DNA of 64,000 bases from NCBI GenBank assembly GCA_039208735.1, contig JBCCQY010000005.1, positions 32,001-96,000 of the forward strand, in the 5' to 3' direction. The DNA is from Myxococcota bacterium (GTDB taxonomy: Bacteria; Myxococcota_A; UBA796; GCA-2862545). Below, in pieces: positions 1-10,007 of this stretch (its first letter is position 1; the number at the start of each line of letters is the position of its first letter). The notes beneath the pieces are model-generated. The model searched no databases, was not told the DNA's origin, and saw nothing but the letters and a program-made list of their open reading frames with translations. The translations under genes and the position numbers were made by a program.

Positions 1-63
1 CGCGTAGCAGAACCCTGCGAACAGCACGGCCCCGAGGGAGCCAGTCGATTCGGAACGAAGCAT
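1..63 (-). CDS. N-terminal fragment of a hypothetical protein running off the window start (MLRSESTGSLGAVLFAGFCYA...)
   Basis: Minus-strand ATG at 63 preceded by an AAGGAG SD; frame open to the window edge. Confidence 0.45.
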   Translation of the reverse strand, partial: MLRSESTGSLGAVLFAGFCYA

Positions 64-221
64 GACGATCTCCTTGATGGAGTCGATGTCGTTCGGCCTC
101 GTGTGGCCGTTCGTGTGAGGGACCGTTGAAATGGCACGGATGGTTCGGCCGCAAGGTTGACCAACCGTGCGGTCGCGATTCCCTTCGTCTGTCGCTACGG
201 CGATGATTCAGGGGGAATTCG

Positions 222-1928
222 ATGCGTACGTTCGATCACGAAGACGGCGGGCGAATCCTGTTTGGTCCGGGCACCGAAGCTCGCGCAGCCGAGGTCCTAA
301 GAGAGATGGGCGCCAAACGGGTGCTGCTTGTCGCCCAGTCGCGGCATCGGGAGGGCGCACAGCGCATCGCGGCTCAGCTCGGTGCCCAGGCGGTGGGCAT
401 CTTCGATCAGGCGCGCCAGCACGTGCCCACCGACCTCGTCGATCAAGCTCGTGCGATGGTGCGCGAGGCCGAAGCCGATTGGGTCGTGGCCCATGGAGGA
501 GGGACGACGACGGGATTCGCCAAGGCCCTAGCCCTCACCGAACCCGTGAAGGTGGCGGCCATCCCCACCACCTACGCAGGGTCGGAACGAACCTCGATTT
601 GGGGCCTCACGGGACCGAACGGTAAACAGACCGGCCGAGATCATCGAGTGAAGCCCGCATTGGTCATCTACGATGCCACCCTCACCCTGGCCCTCGACCC
701 GAAGATCTCGTTGCAGAGCCTCTTCAACGCTCTGTCGCACTGCCTGGCTCTGCTCACCGCACCGCCCTCTTCTGCGCATGCGGAAGACGCCCAGGCGGCG
801 GCGAGGCAGTTGCTTTCGGCCATGGACGCGGTGAGCGCGGACCCCACGGACCTTGAAGCTCGTAACGAGGCGCTCTATGGGGCATACCTCGCGGCGGTGA
901 ACATCGAGCGGGCGCCCCTCGGGCTCCATCACAAGCTGGCTCATGTGTTGGGCGGCACTTTCGACGTGGTCCATGCCTCCGCGCACACCGCGGCACTGCC
1001 GTACTCCTATCACTACAACACGGTCGCCGTGCCGGGGCTCATCGACGCGCTTTCGCCCGTTCTCGGCGAGGACCCAGCGGCCGCGCTCTATGACCGTGCG
1101 CGGGCGTGGGCGTTGCCGCACAGCTTCAAGAGGCTGGGCCTCACCGTCGACGATCTGCCAATCATGGTCGACCGGTTGAGCGTTCGGCCGTACCCCAATC
1201 CGCGACCCACTCCACCGGAGGCGCTTGCCGAACTGGTTAGTGACGCGTACCACGCGCGCCGGCCGTCTCGGTTCAGTCGGCGGCGGGCGCTCCCAGGCCA
1301 CGGGCCCCACGCCACCTTGCGAGCCACGGAACGAGGAACCCCCCTGGACCAGGCGCAGCTCGTGTTGATCGGCTTGCATGGGCGAGGTGCGGCCGCAGAT
1401 CGCTTCACGCGGGATCTCGAGGCGCACCTGGGAACCGTCGATGGCCTTTGCATCCTTGCGCCTCAAGCGTTCGACAACCGGTGGTACGCAAAAGGCTTCA
1501 CGGTACCTCCTGCGGATAACCAACCCGATTTGGACAGTGCGTTGTCCATGGTCGATGCGGCATGGGAGGCCGCCACCGCGGTCGTCGCGCCATCGCACGT
1601 CCTGCTTGCGGGATTTTCGCAAGGCGCATGTTTGGCGTTGACTTGGGCCAAGCTTCGTGATGTCGCGCCAGGGGCGTTGCTCGCGTTTTCGGGGGCCGAG
1701 ATGGACGTCGCGGGGGATTACCGCAACCTTGCTTCGAGCCGAGTGGTTTTGTCCAAGAGCGAGGGCGACCGATGGATTCCGCAGGACTGGTTCGACCGCA
1801 CGCTGACGGCGCTTCGTCCGGTGGTCAGCGACCTGGAAGGTCGATTGGTGCTTGGTGATGGGCATACGGTCACCCCAGCTGACGGCCAAGATCTGGCCGC
1901 TGCGGTCACTCGCGCTCAAGAACGGTAA
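222..1928 (+). CDS. Fusion of maleylacetate reductase-like iron-containing alcohol dehydrogenase with a C-terminal phospholipase/carboxylesterase (alpha/beta hydrolase)
   Basis: GGG(T)TTGFAKA, IPTTYAGSE, NALSH and LHHKLAHVLGG Fe-ADH/MAR motifs; C-terminal LHGRG, GFSQG nucleophile elbow and GH. Confidence 0.85.
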   Translation: MRTFDHEDGGRILFGPGTEARAAEVLREMGAKRVLLVAQSRHREGAQRIAAQLGAQAVGIFDQARQHVPTDLVDQARAMVREAEADWVVAHGGGTTTGFAKALALTEPVKVAAIPTTYAGSERTSIWGLTGPNGKQTGRDHRVKPALVIYDATLTLALDPKISLQSLFNALSHCLALLTAPPSSAHAEDAQAAARQLLSAMDAVSADPTDLEARNEALYGAYLAAVNIERAPLGLHHKLAHVLGGTFDVVHASAHTAALPYSYHYNTVAVPGLIDALSPVLGEDPAAALYDRARAWALPHSFKRLGLTVDDLPIMVDRLSVRPYPNPRPTPPEALAELVSDAYHARRPSRFSRRRALPGHGPHATLRATERGTPLDQAQLVLIGLHGRGAAADRFTRDLEAHLGTVDGLCILAPQAFDNRWYAKGFTVPPADNQPDLDSALSMVDAAWEAATAVVAPSHVLLAGFSQGACLALTWAKLRDVAPGALLAFSGAEMDVAGDYRNLASSRVVLSKSEGDRWIPQDWFDRTLTALRPVVSDLEGRLVLGDGHTVTPADGQDLAAAVTRAQER

Positions 1929-2042
1929 GGAGGATGGGTGCGAGCGTTCGTGGCTCGTGCCCTTGCAGGTCGCTGCGCTTCGGACTTTCGTGGCTCGCGG
2001 TCTGGAGGGGAGTGCTATCTTTTGGGAGCTTGGGGGGGATAA

Positions 2043-2345
2043 ATGAGCGGGCTTATGGCCTTCGGTCTGGGCGTGGTGGTTTTGGCAGCCTTGGGCGCCG
2101 TTGCGGTGCTTGCCCGGCAAAAACGTCCCCCTGCGCCCGAGCCTGACGTGGTCGTGGCTTCGGCGGTTGCCGATAACGGTCCAGAGCCGCTCGGCGCCTC
2201 TCGTGTCCCAAATCTCCAAACGCTTGAGGAGCGGCATCGTTCGCCGAGCGGCCATTTGCGCATTTTGTTTGCCAAGGACGCGGCGAAGGTGACCGACCCC
2301 GGGTTGCGGGGTCGTCCCGAGGATGCGTCGGATGAGGACGCTTAA
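2043..2345 (+). CDS. Small hypothetical protein with N-terminal transmembrane helix
   Basis: G-rich SD before ATG; hydrophobic N-terminus. Confidence 0.55.
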   Translation: MSGLMAFGLGVVVLAALGAVAVLARQKRPPAPEPDVVVASAVADNGPEPLGASRVPNLQTLEERHRSPSGHLRILFAKDAAKVTDPGLRGRPEDASDEDA

Positions 2346-4231
2346 GGCCGCGTCCGTAGGCGACGTCGAGCGATCAGCGCCAGCAAACCAAGCAGCGGCA
2401 GTCCAGATGCGGGCGTGACCGAGCCCGCGGCACAACCGCACTGCACCACCGTCGGCTCCTCCGGCAAGGGAGTGACCGCGTCCATGCCGTCGCAGTCCTG
2501 ATCGATGCCGTCATCGGCGATGTCGATGGCGTTAGGAGAAACCTCGGCCGTGGTGTCGTCGCAGTCTTCCGGCGAATCTACACCGTCGCCGTCCTGATCG
2601 AAGTCCGAGGCACCGTCGCAGTTCTGGTCGATGTCGTCGTAAAACACCTCGGGAGCGCCAGGGAAGATGGCATCGTCGGTGTCGTCGCAGTCCTCACCGT
2701 CAAACGCGTCGCTGTCGAAGCCATCGCCATCCTGATCGAAATCGGAGACACCGTCGCAGTTTTGGTCGATTCCGTCGTACCAAACTTCAGAGGCATTGGG
2801 TGCAATCTTGAGGTCTTCGTCATCGCAGTCGTCGCCGTCGAACGCGTCGCTGTCGAAGCCGTCGAGATCCTGATCGAAGTCGGAGGCGCCATCGCAGTCT
2901 TGGTCGATTCCGTCATACCAGATCTCGGTGGCGTTCGGGTTCTGGACATCGGACAGGTCGTTGCAGTCGGTACCGCCGAACATGTCGCTGTCGAAGGTAT
3001 CGAGGTCCTGATCGAAATCGGAGCCGCCACTGCAGTCCTGATCGATGCCGTCGTACCAGATCTCGGTGGCCCCCGGGAAGGCTTCGGCGACGAAGTCGTT
3101 GCAATCGGTGCCGCCAAACGCATCGCTATCGAAGCCATCGAGGTCTTGGTCGAAGTCTGAGGCGCCGTTGCAATCCTGGTCGACGCCGTCGTAGTACGTC
3201 TCGGCTTGACCGGGCGAGATATCCGCGGTTGTATCATTGCAATCGGTGCCGCCAAATGCGTCACTGTCGAAGCCATCCAGGTCCGCATCGAAGTCGGAGA
3301 AGCCGTCGCAATTGTCATCGAAGCCGTCGTAGGGAATGTCGATGGCGTCGGGCGAAATGTCGGCGTTGTCGTCGTCGCAGTCCTCGCCCCCGAACGCGTC
3401 GCTGTCGTACCCATCGAGGTCTTGATCGAAGTCCGAGTTTCCGTCACAGTTCGAGTCGATGCCGTCGTAAAAGACATCCTCGGCGCCAGGAAACACGGTG
3501 TCGTCGGAGTCATCGCAGTCGGTACCGGCGCACCCAATCGCGATGAACCCGTCGCTGTCATCGTCGTCGCACGAAACAGGGATGTAGAGGTTCTTGAGGA
3601 ATTCGTAGTTCCCGTTTGGGAGCGTGCACCCATCCACCGAAATGTTGACGTCACCACTGAGCACGATCTGGTCTTCGACGGCGATCAAGGCGGTGCCGTT
3701 CAGGTTGTTCACCAACGTTGTGCCCTGTCCCGGCAACACTTCAACGGCCCAGGCATACTCGATTTCCGTCACGTTCAACATCAAGGGGTCGGTCGGCTCG
3801 ACAATAGTGCCCGATTGACTGCACCCCGGACTGATGTCGCCCGTACCAAACGACATCGTGCTGCCAAGCTCGAGCAGCAGCCGATTGAACACGTCGTTGT
3901 GGCTTTGGAAGTTCCCCTCGTTGTCGCCTTGGATCAACAGGTAGCCGCCGCCCCGAAGGAACTCTTCGAGTGCATCGATTTGGTCGGTGGTGTAGTCGGC
4001 GGGTGTGGTTGTACTGCCGGTCAGAATGATCACGCGGTAGGGCGACAGATCATTGGGCCACACGGTCTGTTCCTGAACGCCCGTTGAGCCCACATCGATG
4101 AAGGCTTGAATGCTCTCGGGTTTCAGTTCCGTTGTGTTCTGGACGTAGTAGTGGAGAACGTCCTGGCCCTGGGCGGACGAAGCGAACAACGCGAGTAGAG
4201 CAGTCACCACACACCTCCAACCTCCAGCCAT
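2342..4231 (-). CDS. Secreted surface protein with 8 putative metal-binding (MopE-like) repeats and a MYXO-CTERM-like sorting tail
   Basis: Signal peptide; 8 repeats of DCDD...PGA.E..YDGIDQDCDG with ~46-aa period; C-terminal CGCAAG-hydrophobic-RRR. Confidence 0.85.
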   Translation of the reverse strand: MAGGWRCVVTALLALFASSAQGQDVLHYYVQNTTELKPESIQAFIDVGSTGVQEQTVWPNDLSPYRVIILTGSTTTPADYTTDQIDALEEFLRGGGYLLIQGDNEGNFQSHNDVFNRLLLELGSTMSFGTGDISPGCSQSGTIVEPTDPLMLNVTEIEYAWAVEVLPGQGTTLVNNLNGTALIAVEDQIVLSGDVNISVDGCTLPNGNYEFLKNLYIPVSCDDDDSDGFIAIGCAGTDCDDSDDTVFPGAEDVFYDGIDSNCDGNSDFDQDLDGYDSDAFGGEDCDDDNADISPDAIDIPYDGFDDNCDGFSDFDADLDGFDSDAFGGTDCNDTTADISPGQAETYYDGVDQDCNGASDFDQDLDGFDSDAFGGTDCNDFVAEAFPGATEIWYDGIDQDCSGGSDFDQDLDTFDSDMFGGTDCNDLSDVQNPNATEIWYDGIDQDCDGASDFDQDLDGFDSDAFDGDDCDDEDLKIAPNASEVWYDGIDQNCDGVSDFDQDGDGFDSDAFDGEDCDDTDDAIFPGAPEVFYDDIDQNCDGASDFDQDGDGVDSPEDCDDTTAEVSPNAIDIADDGIDQDCDGMDAVTPLPEEPTVVQCGCAAGSVTPASGLPLLGLLALIARRRLRTRP

Positions 4232-4360
4232 TATGCGTGGGTAGGTTGACTGTCCGCCAAAATGTCAACGAAGTCTCCAGGCTTTGGTTGGGGCGGGATC
4301 GTGAAACGATCGGGGCCCCACCCGGTCGGGATGGCATCGTGAGCGGGCGAAGGAGGCGAG

Positions 4361-5086
4361 ATGATCGCGTGGGTCTTGATGGGGATGGGCATCGCGGCAG
4401 AGCCAGACACGGTCTTGGCGCAGTCTGCGGTCGCGCATGGGCTGACGCGGGACCGCAGAATGGACGTCTCATTTACCTTTCGAGGCACGCCGTACCGGCT
4501 CCATCTCGATGGATCGGACATTCGCTATGAGCGAACCGTGAAGGGACCCCAAGGGGAACGGGTGGATCGTCTGGTTGGGTCGGTGTTCAGCTCGCTCCAC
4601 AACGGTGCGCCGATGACGGTGGCACCTGAAAACGAGGGAGCGTGGCGGCGGTCGCTCAATTCCGTCGCCTACTTTGCCACCCTGCCCCGCCCGCTCTTTG
4701 ATGACGCGGTCATCGCGACGTTCCTCGGCCGCACGACGTTTGCGGGGGCCGAGTGGGACACCGTTGAGGTTCGCTTCCAAGAGGAAGGCGGGGGTGACGA
4801 CCATGACGACGTCTTCCGCTATTGGTTTCATCCTGAGACCCACGAGATGGGCTTTGTCGCCTACGTGTTTCATGTGGGGAAGGGCGGGGTTCGCATCCGG
4901 AAGGCCGCGCGACGCCACGAGGTGAACGGGGTGGTGTTGCTCGACTGGACGAACCTGGGCTGGGATGGAACCCACACCCTCGAATCCGCCATGGCGGCCT
5001 ACGAACGGGGTGGTTTGCCCACATTGTCGACGATTGCCCTCGAGAACATTGAAGTCACGCCACTGGATGCGTCCGCCAAAGACTGA
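4361..5086 (+). CDS. Hypothetical exported protein (DUF6503-like)
   Basis: AGGAGG SD; SLNSVAYFATLP and V.F.EEGGGDDHDD..YW resemble this family. Confidence 0.6.
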   Translation: MIAWVLMGMGIAAEPDTVLAQSAVAHGLTRDRRMDVSFTFRGTPYRLHLDGSDIRYERTVKGPQGERVDRLVGSVFSSLHNGAPMTVAPENEGAWRRSLNSVAYFATLPRPLFDDAVIATFLGRTTFAGAEWDTVEVRFQEEGGGDDHDDVFRYWFHPETHEMGFVAYVFHVGKGGVRIRKAARRHEVNGVVLLDWTNLGWDGTHTLESAMAAYERGGLPTLSTIALENIEVTPLDASAKD

Positions 5087-5136
5087 ATGCCGAGACCAAG
5101 GCCTGCGTCCAACGAATCCTCTCCTGGAGGTCGTCG

Positions 5137-5904
5137 ATGCATGCCTGGTTCATGTTGCTCACGCTCGCCGGGGCCGCGCCCCCATCCGTCGAAGATCAGT
5201 TCGTCTTCGTCCCCGGGGAGACCTTTCGCATGGGAGCACCCGAGGGATTTCCTATGCGCAACCGCACGGAGTTGCCGGTCCATGAGGTCACGGTGGGGGA
5301 TCTGTGGGTGTTGCGTACCGAGGTCACCCAGGCCCTGTGGACCTCTGTGATGGGGACAGCCCCAAGCTCCTCGATCCATCCAAGATTCCCGGTCGACCGG
5401 GTGTCGTGGCTCGATGCCGTGCACTTCGCCAACCGCCTCTCCGATCGTGAAGGCTTGACGCGCGCCTACGAGATTCGAGGGGGCGAGGTGCGCTGGAACC
5501 AGGATGCGACGGGGTACCGTCTCCTCACGGAAGCGGAGTGGGAGCACGCGGCTCGCGCGGGTGAGAATACGCGGTTTTCAGGCACGAACGACGAATCACA
5601 AGTGTGGATCGAGCCGAAGAGTGGGGGGCGGCTCCATGCCGTGTGCACACTGCCCCCCAATGCCTACGGTCTGTGCGACCTTTCCGGCAATGCCGCCGAG
5701 TGGGTTTGGGACCGCTACGCGGGCTATGGGGCCGCGTCGCAAGCGAACCCCAACGGCCCGGCGCGCGGTGACTATCGGGTCAATCGCGGAGGCGCATTCG
5801 ATGACACTGCTCGGTTCGCGCGGGTCACGTCGCGGGGACGTGCACTGCCATCCTTTCGTCAACCAGGGCTCGGATTCCGCATCGCGCGGTCTGCCCGGCC
5901 GTAG
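5137..5904 (+). CDS. Formylglycine-generating enzyme (FGE/SUMF1)-domain protein
   Basis: F.MG, EVTQ, PV..VSW.DA, RLLTEAEWEHAAR, NAYGLCDLSGNAAEW, RGG, LGFR motifs. Confidence 0.9.
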   Translation: MHAWFMLLTLAGAAPPSVEDQFVFVPGETFRMGAPEGFPMRNRTELPVHEVTVGDLWVLRTEVTQALWTSVMGTAPSSSIHPRFPVDRVSWLDAVHFANRLSDREGLTRAYEIRGGEVRWNQDATGYRLLTEAEWEHAARAGENTRFSGTNDESQVWIEPKSGGRLHAVCTLPPNAYGLCDLSGNAAEWVWDRYAGYGAASQANPNGPARGDYRVNRGGAFDDTARFARVTSRGRALPSFRQPGLGFRIARSARP

Positions 5905-6057
5905 TGGAACGGACGATCGCGCGGGCTTCGGCCCAGGATGATGGAATCTTGCGGCGCCTTGCAGAACCGCGGTTGGGAATTCGGCACGTCGCGGACTCGC
6001 GCGTTACTCGCGCGGCCGACCGCTGCTGGTCGACGGAAATTCGAAGAGGCACATTCG

Positions 6058-8181
6058 ATGCACAATCGTGAGGATTTGGTCAAAGGCGCCACTGCGGAGG
6101 AGCCTTTGGACAAGGCCGAGGATCGCGCAGTACCCGAAGTGAAGGAAAGTGACGTCGCGGCAACCCCCACCGTCGCGGAACCGTCGCCATTTGCCAGCCC
6201 GCCGGTCGAAACGCCTCCTGAACCTGCCCCTAAGCCCGCTCCGGCGCTTGTTCCGGAGCCTACCCCCGAGGTGATTCCCGAGCCTGCCGAGGACGATTCG
6301 GCTTGGTCGGATGAGAATCGTCAGTACCTCGTGGCGTGTGTTCGACAGCTCCAAGGGGTGCTTCAACGGTCACCATCGGCGCGACAGGCCGATGAAGCCA
6401 TCGTCGCGGACGCCCGCGCCCGCATGTCCCGAACGCCCGCCCTTGAACAAACCGTGGCGGCCTTTGGGCTTTCACCATTCGAACGTGACGTGCTGCTGCT
6501 TGCGGCGGCCCCGGAACTGGATCCGGAGTTTGCCGACATCGTTGGAAAGACCCTTGGCGATCGGAAGCGGACCCGACCGACGCTAGGCCTTGCCCTCGCG
6601 TACCTGACCGACCCCCATTGGTCCGCCTTTACGCCCGGGGCCCCACTGCGACGGTGGGGGCTTGTGGATCTGCAGGCGGGACCCATCCTGACCCAGCGTC
6701 CGCTGGTCTGTCCCGAACGAACGTTGCATCACCTGCTCGGGGCCAAGGTGGTTGAGCCCGAGCTGGCGGCACGCGTTCGCACGGTCCCCCAACCCTCGTC
6801 GGTCTCCGCCAGCCGAAAACCGGCCGTGGAGGCTTGCGTGGCGGCATGGGCGCAGACGCCATCGCCGGTTCTGTTGGTCGTGGGACGAGAGGTGAGCACG
6901 TTGGAGCAAACGGTGTCGGCGGCGGCCCGTTCGCGCGGAGGTCGGGTCCTTCGCCTGCGAATCGACGATCTGCCGGCCACCGCCGAAGCAAGGGCGCGAT
7001 TCCTCACCGTGTTGGGGCTCGAAATGGCGCTCGAGCAAGCGGTTCTGCTCATTGACGCCTTTGATGCGAGGCCCGAGGACCTCGCGGTGCTGCGGGCGCT
7101 TGCCGAAGACGCGACCGCGCCCATCGCGGTGATCGCCCGGAATGCGATCGGCCTGGGCAGAGCACCCGTCGTGCGGGTCGAGGTCGAACCTGCGACGCCG
7201 GACGAACAGCGTGTCGCCTGGCAGCAGGCGCTAGCGGGAGCCACCGATGCGGTCGTCGATCGCTTCGTGGCGACGTTCGATCTGGATCCCAACGCGATTG
7301 CGGAGCTAGGCATTGGCGATGCGCCCCTCGATGAGGCGACGGCCTGGCAGGAAGCCCGCGCCCACGGGCGTCCGCGGATGCTGACATTCACTCATCCCAT
7401 TTCGACCGGGGCCACCTTCGATGACATCGTGCTGCCCGAACTGCAGACCACGATGCTGCATGACATCGTGGCTCAGGTCCGGCACCGGGCCACGGTGTAC
7501 GAACGTTGGGGGTTTGCCAAGCGATCGGGCCGTGGGATGGGCATCGCGGCGTTGTTTGCGGGTCCCAGCGGGACGGGCAAGACGCTTGCGGCCGAAGTCA
7601 TCAGCCACGCGCTCGAACTGGACCTGTACCGCATCGATCTAGCGGCCCTCACCGGGGCGCCTGGCGAGGCGGAGCGGAACCTTCGGGGGGTGTTCGATGC
7701 AGCCGCGGCCAGTGGGGCGGTTCTGCTCATCGATGAAGCCGACGCGTTGTTCGGAAAACGGGCCGAAATCCAGCAAGGCGCAGACCGCTACGCGAATCTC
7801 GAGGTGGGGCATCTGCTGCAACAGCTGGAAGCGTACCGAGGGCTCGCCATCCTCACGACCAACCACAAAGGGTCGCTCGACCCGTCGTTGTTGCGTCGGC
7901 TTCGGTTTGTGATCGACTTCCCCATGCCCGATCCCGAATTGCGGGAGCGACTGTGGCAACGGGTGTTCCCGGCGACGGTTCCCGTGGCGGAAGACCTCGA
8001 CATGGCGCGTCTCGCAACGCTAAACCTGACGGGCGGAAACATCCAGAACATCGCGTTGGGAGCAGCGTTCGCCGCGGCAGATGCCGGTGAGCCGCTCGGG
8101 ATGGTGCACGTGCAGCGAGCCGCCAGAGCCGAGTACGCCAAGCTGGGCCGAAATCCTTCGGAAGTCCGCATCACGTCCTGA
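6058..8181 (+). CDS. Winged-helix plus AAA+ ATPase (type often associated with contractile injection systems, Afp15/Pvc15-like)
   Basis: Walker A GPSGTGKT, Walker B LLIDEAD, DRYANLEV, LTTN, LTGGNIQNIAL; start chosen at ATG 6058 after GAGG. Confidence 0.8.
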   Translation: MHNREDLVKGATAEEPLDKAEDRAVPEVKESDVAATPTVAEPSPFASPPVETPPEPAPKPAPALVPEPTPEVIPEPAEDDSAWSDENRQYLVACVRQLQGVLQRSPSARQADEAIVADARARMSRTPALEQTVAAFGLSPFERDVLLLAAAPELDPEFADIVGKTLGDRKRTRPTLGLALAYLTDPHWSAFTPGAPLRRWGLVDLQAGPILTQRPLVCPERTLHHLLGAKVVEPELAARVRTVPQPSSVSASRKPAVEACVAAWAQTPSPVLLVVGREVSTLEQTVSAAARSRGGRVLRLRIDDLPATAEARARFLTVLGLEMALEQAVLLIDAFDARPEDLAVLRALAEDATAPIAVIARNAIGLGRAPVVRVEVEPATPDEQRVAWQQALAGATDAVVDRFVATFDLDPNAIAELGIGDAPLDEATAWQEARAHGRPRMLTFTHPISTGATFDDIVLPELQTTMLHDIVAQVRHRATVYERWGFAKRSGRGMGIAALFAGPSGTGKTLAAEVISHALELDLYRIDLAALTGAPGEAERNLRGVFDAAAASGAVLLIDEADALFGKRAEIQQGADRYANLEVGHLLQQLEAYRGLAILTTNHKGSLDPSLLRRLRFVIDFPMPDPELRERLWQRVFPATVPVAEDLDMARLATLNLTGGNIQNIALGAAFAAADAGEPLGMVHVQRAARAEYAKLGRNPSEVRITS

Positions 8182-8231
8182 CTCAGTGCGGAATATTGCA
8201 CAACGGACCGCGATGAGGCACATTCGGGCGC

Positions 8232-9128
8232 ATGCGGTCCGATTCCGAACCTTTGCGTCTTGAAGATCTGCAGGCCTTTGTCGCGGTCACCGAAGCGGGC
8301 AGCCTCACGGGAGCGGCCCGGCGCACCGGGATTCCGAAGTCCACATTGATACGTCGCATCCGCCGGCTCGAGGAAGGGCTGGGGTTGCGAATGCTGACTC
8401 GGACCGCTCGTTCGGCACATCCCACCTTCGTAGGCAGCGAGAGTCTGGCCCGCATCCGAGGCCTTCTCGAGGACGCCGAGGGCGTGCGCGCCGAGTTGAT
8501 GGGCCACGGCGAGGCGCCTCGGGGCAGGCTGCGGGTGAGTGCGCCGGCGGACCTCGCCCACGACGATGAGTTGTGGTTGTCGTTCATGGAGCGCTACCCT
8601 GATGTAGAGCTGCATCTCGACCTCACGAACCGGTTCGTCAACGTCGCTCATGAGGGCTTCGACGTGGCGCTGCGGGGTCGAAGGGGCGAAGATGAGCGAC
8701 TCGTTGCCCAGCGCATCGGCGACCTCGACATGGTGGCGGTGGCCAGTCCCGGGTGGGTCGAGTTGAACGGGGTCCTGACCACCCCCGCTGACTTCATGTC
8801 GGTGGACTGCCTTTTGCTCAAGGAGTTCGTAAGCGAGACTCCCCAGTCCACAACTGCACGCCATCGGGTGTGCAACCAGCTGTCGGTCGTGCGTCAGGGC
8901 GCGTTGCGAGGGTTAGGGGTGGCGATTCTGCCGTGGCATGGCATTCACGAGGACCTTCGGGCGGGCACCCTCGTCCCGGTGCTCGAAGGGTTCAATCCCT
9001 TGACCGTCCCCATGTATGCCGTGTACCCAGATCGGCGTTTCGTGCCCGCGTCAACTCGGGCGCTGCTGGTCTACCTTCGAGAGGCTTTTGAACAGCGTCG
9101 GTCCGAAATTCGTCCAAATGAGACCTGA
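8232..9128 (+). CDS. LysR-family transcriptional regulator
   Basis: N-terminal HTH (F..V.EAGSLTGAA...IRRLEEGLG) and substrate-binding domain (EGFDVALR). Confidence 0.9.
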   Translation: MRSDSEPLRLEDLQAFVAVTEAGSLTGAARRTGIPKSTLIRRIRRLEEGLGLRMLTRTARSAHPTFVGSESLARIRGLLEDAEGVRAELMGHGEAPRGRLRVSAPADLAHDDELWLSFMERYPDVELHLDLTNRFVNVAHEGFDVALRGRRGEDERLVAQRIGDLDMVAVASPGWVELNGVLTTPADFMSVDCLLLKEFVSETPQSTTARHRVCNQLSVVRQGALRGLGVAILPWHGIHEDLRAGTLVPVLEGFNPLTVPMYAVYPDRRFVPASTRALLVYLREAFEQRRSEIRPNET

Positions 9129-9187
9129 ATCGCACTCTGCCGTCCGAAATCAGTCCTCCATAGAAATCCTGCGTTCTTGGAGGACAC

Positions 9188-9973
9188 ATGCGAACGACGA
9201 TGTTGGCTTGCCTGCTGATGGGATGCACAGGCGGTGAGGGCTCAGCGCCCGAGACCGGAACTCCCGCAGAAACCGGGGCCCCTGTTGAAACAGGAGCCCC
9301 TGACAATGATGCGACCGACGATGTCGGAGGGCTGGTGATTCGCCAGTTGAAGCCCGACGTGGCCTTGGCCGACTTCGAAGCGGCACGGGACGCCTATGTG
9401 GCGGCGTTGGAGGCACAGCCTGGGATTTCGACGGATCGTGAATTCGAGGCCTTTGTCGACTTTGGCACCTTTGCCGCGCCCGAGCCGGCTGTGTTCATTG
9501 GGTTTACCCAGGGAGATTCATTGGCCGCGTTTCAGGCTGCGGCCGATGCTGTGGGCACGACTCCTGAGGCGGCGACCTTCTTTGGAAGCTTCGATCTCGT
9601 GACATTCGGCCTGCTGGCTCCGCTCGAAGCGGGAACGCCGGTAGATCTCGCGGGGATTGCTTCGGAGGAGGGGCAGATCCTTGAAGTCGCGGTTCGGGAC
9701 TTTTCGACCTACCCCGACTTTGACCTCGCGGCGTACGAGGCCGCGCGCGACACCTTCCTCCCCATCCTGGGAGCGCAGCCGGGGGTGGTCGCGGAGTTTC
9801 AGTGGATCTCGCCTGCGGATCCCAACCTCGCGGTCGGCATGACCGTTTACACGGATCAGGCAAGCTACGTGGCCGTAGCCACCGACGAAAAGCTCACCGG
9901 CTCGCCCGAATACATCGCGTTTGTGCAGGGTTATCCGCTGGCGGCGGGGTACGCCGCGACCGTCGTGAAGTAA
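9188..9973 (+). CDS. Lipoprotein with two related domains (possibly ABM-like dimeric barrel)
   Basis: GGAGG SD, lipobox LMGC; duplicated A.FEAARD.....L.AQPG. Confidence 0.65.
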   Translation: MRTTMLACLLMGCTGGEGSAPETGTPAETGAPVETGAPDNDATDDVGGLVIRQLKPDVALADFEAARDAYVAALEAQPGISTDREFEAFVDFGTFAAPEPAVFIGFTQGDSLAAFQAAADAVGTTPEAATFFGSFDLVTFGLLAPLEAGTPVDLAGIASEEGQILEVAVRDFSTYPDFDLAAYEAARDTFLPILGAQPGVVAEFQWISPADPNLAVGMTVYTDQASYVAVATDEKLTGSPEYIAFVQGYPLAAGYAATVVK

Positions 9974-10007
9974 CAGGGCATCGCCCGATCGAAGCCTGCA
10001 GGCCGTA

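Noticed and set aside
528..2441. Long antisense or alternate-frame ORFs (also 21460-22863, 29973-31484, 41375-42793, 45213-46565, 51171-52415, 58196-59446)
   Set aside because: Expected shadows in high-GC DNA; they overlap well-supported genes and lack motifs
2450..3560. Regular ~138-nt DNA repeats resembling a CRISPR or tandem array
   Set aside because: They are degenerate coding repeats of the MopE-like motif, with no invariant repeat/unique spacer structure and no cas genes
5137..5904. FGE-domain gene as the activator of the sulfatase at 37206-38513
   Set aside because: It lacks the CxxxxC catalytic cysteine pair of true FGEs and lies 31 kb away
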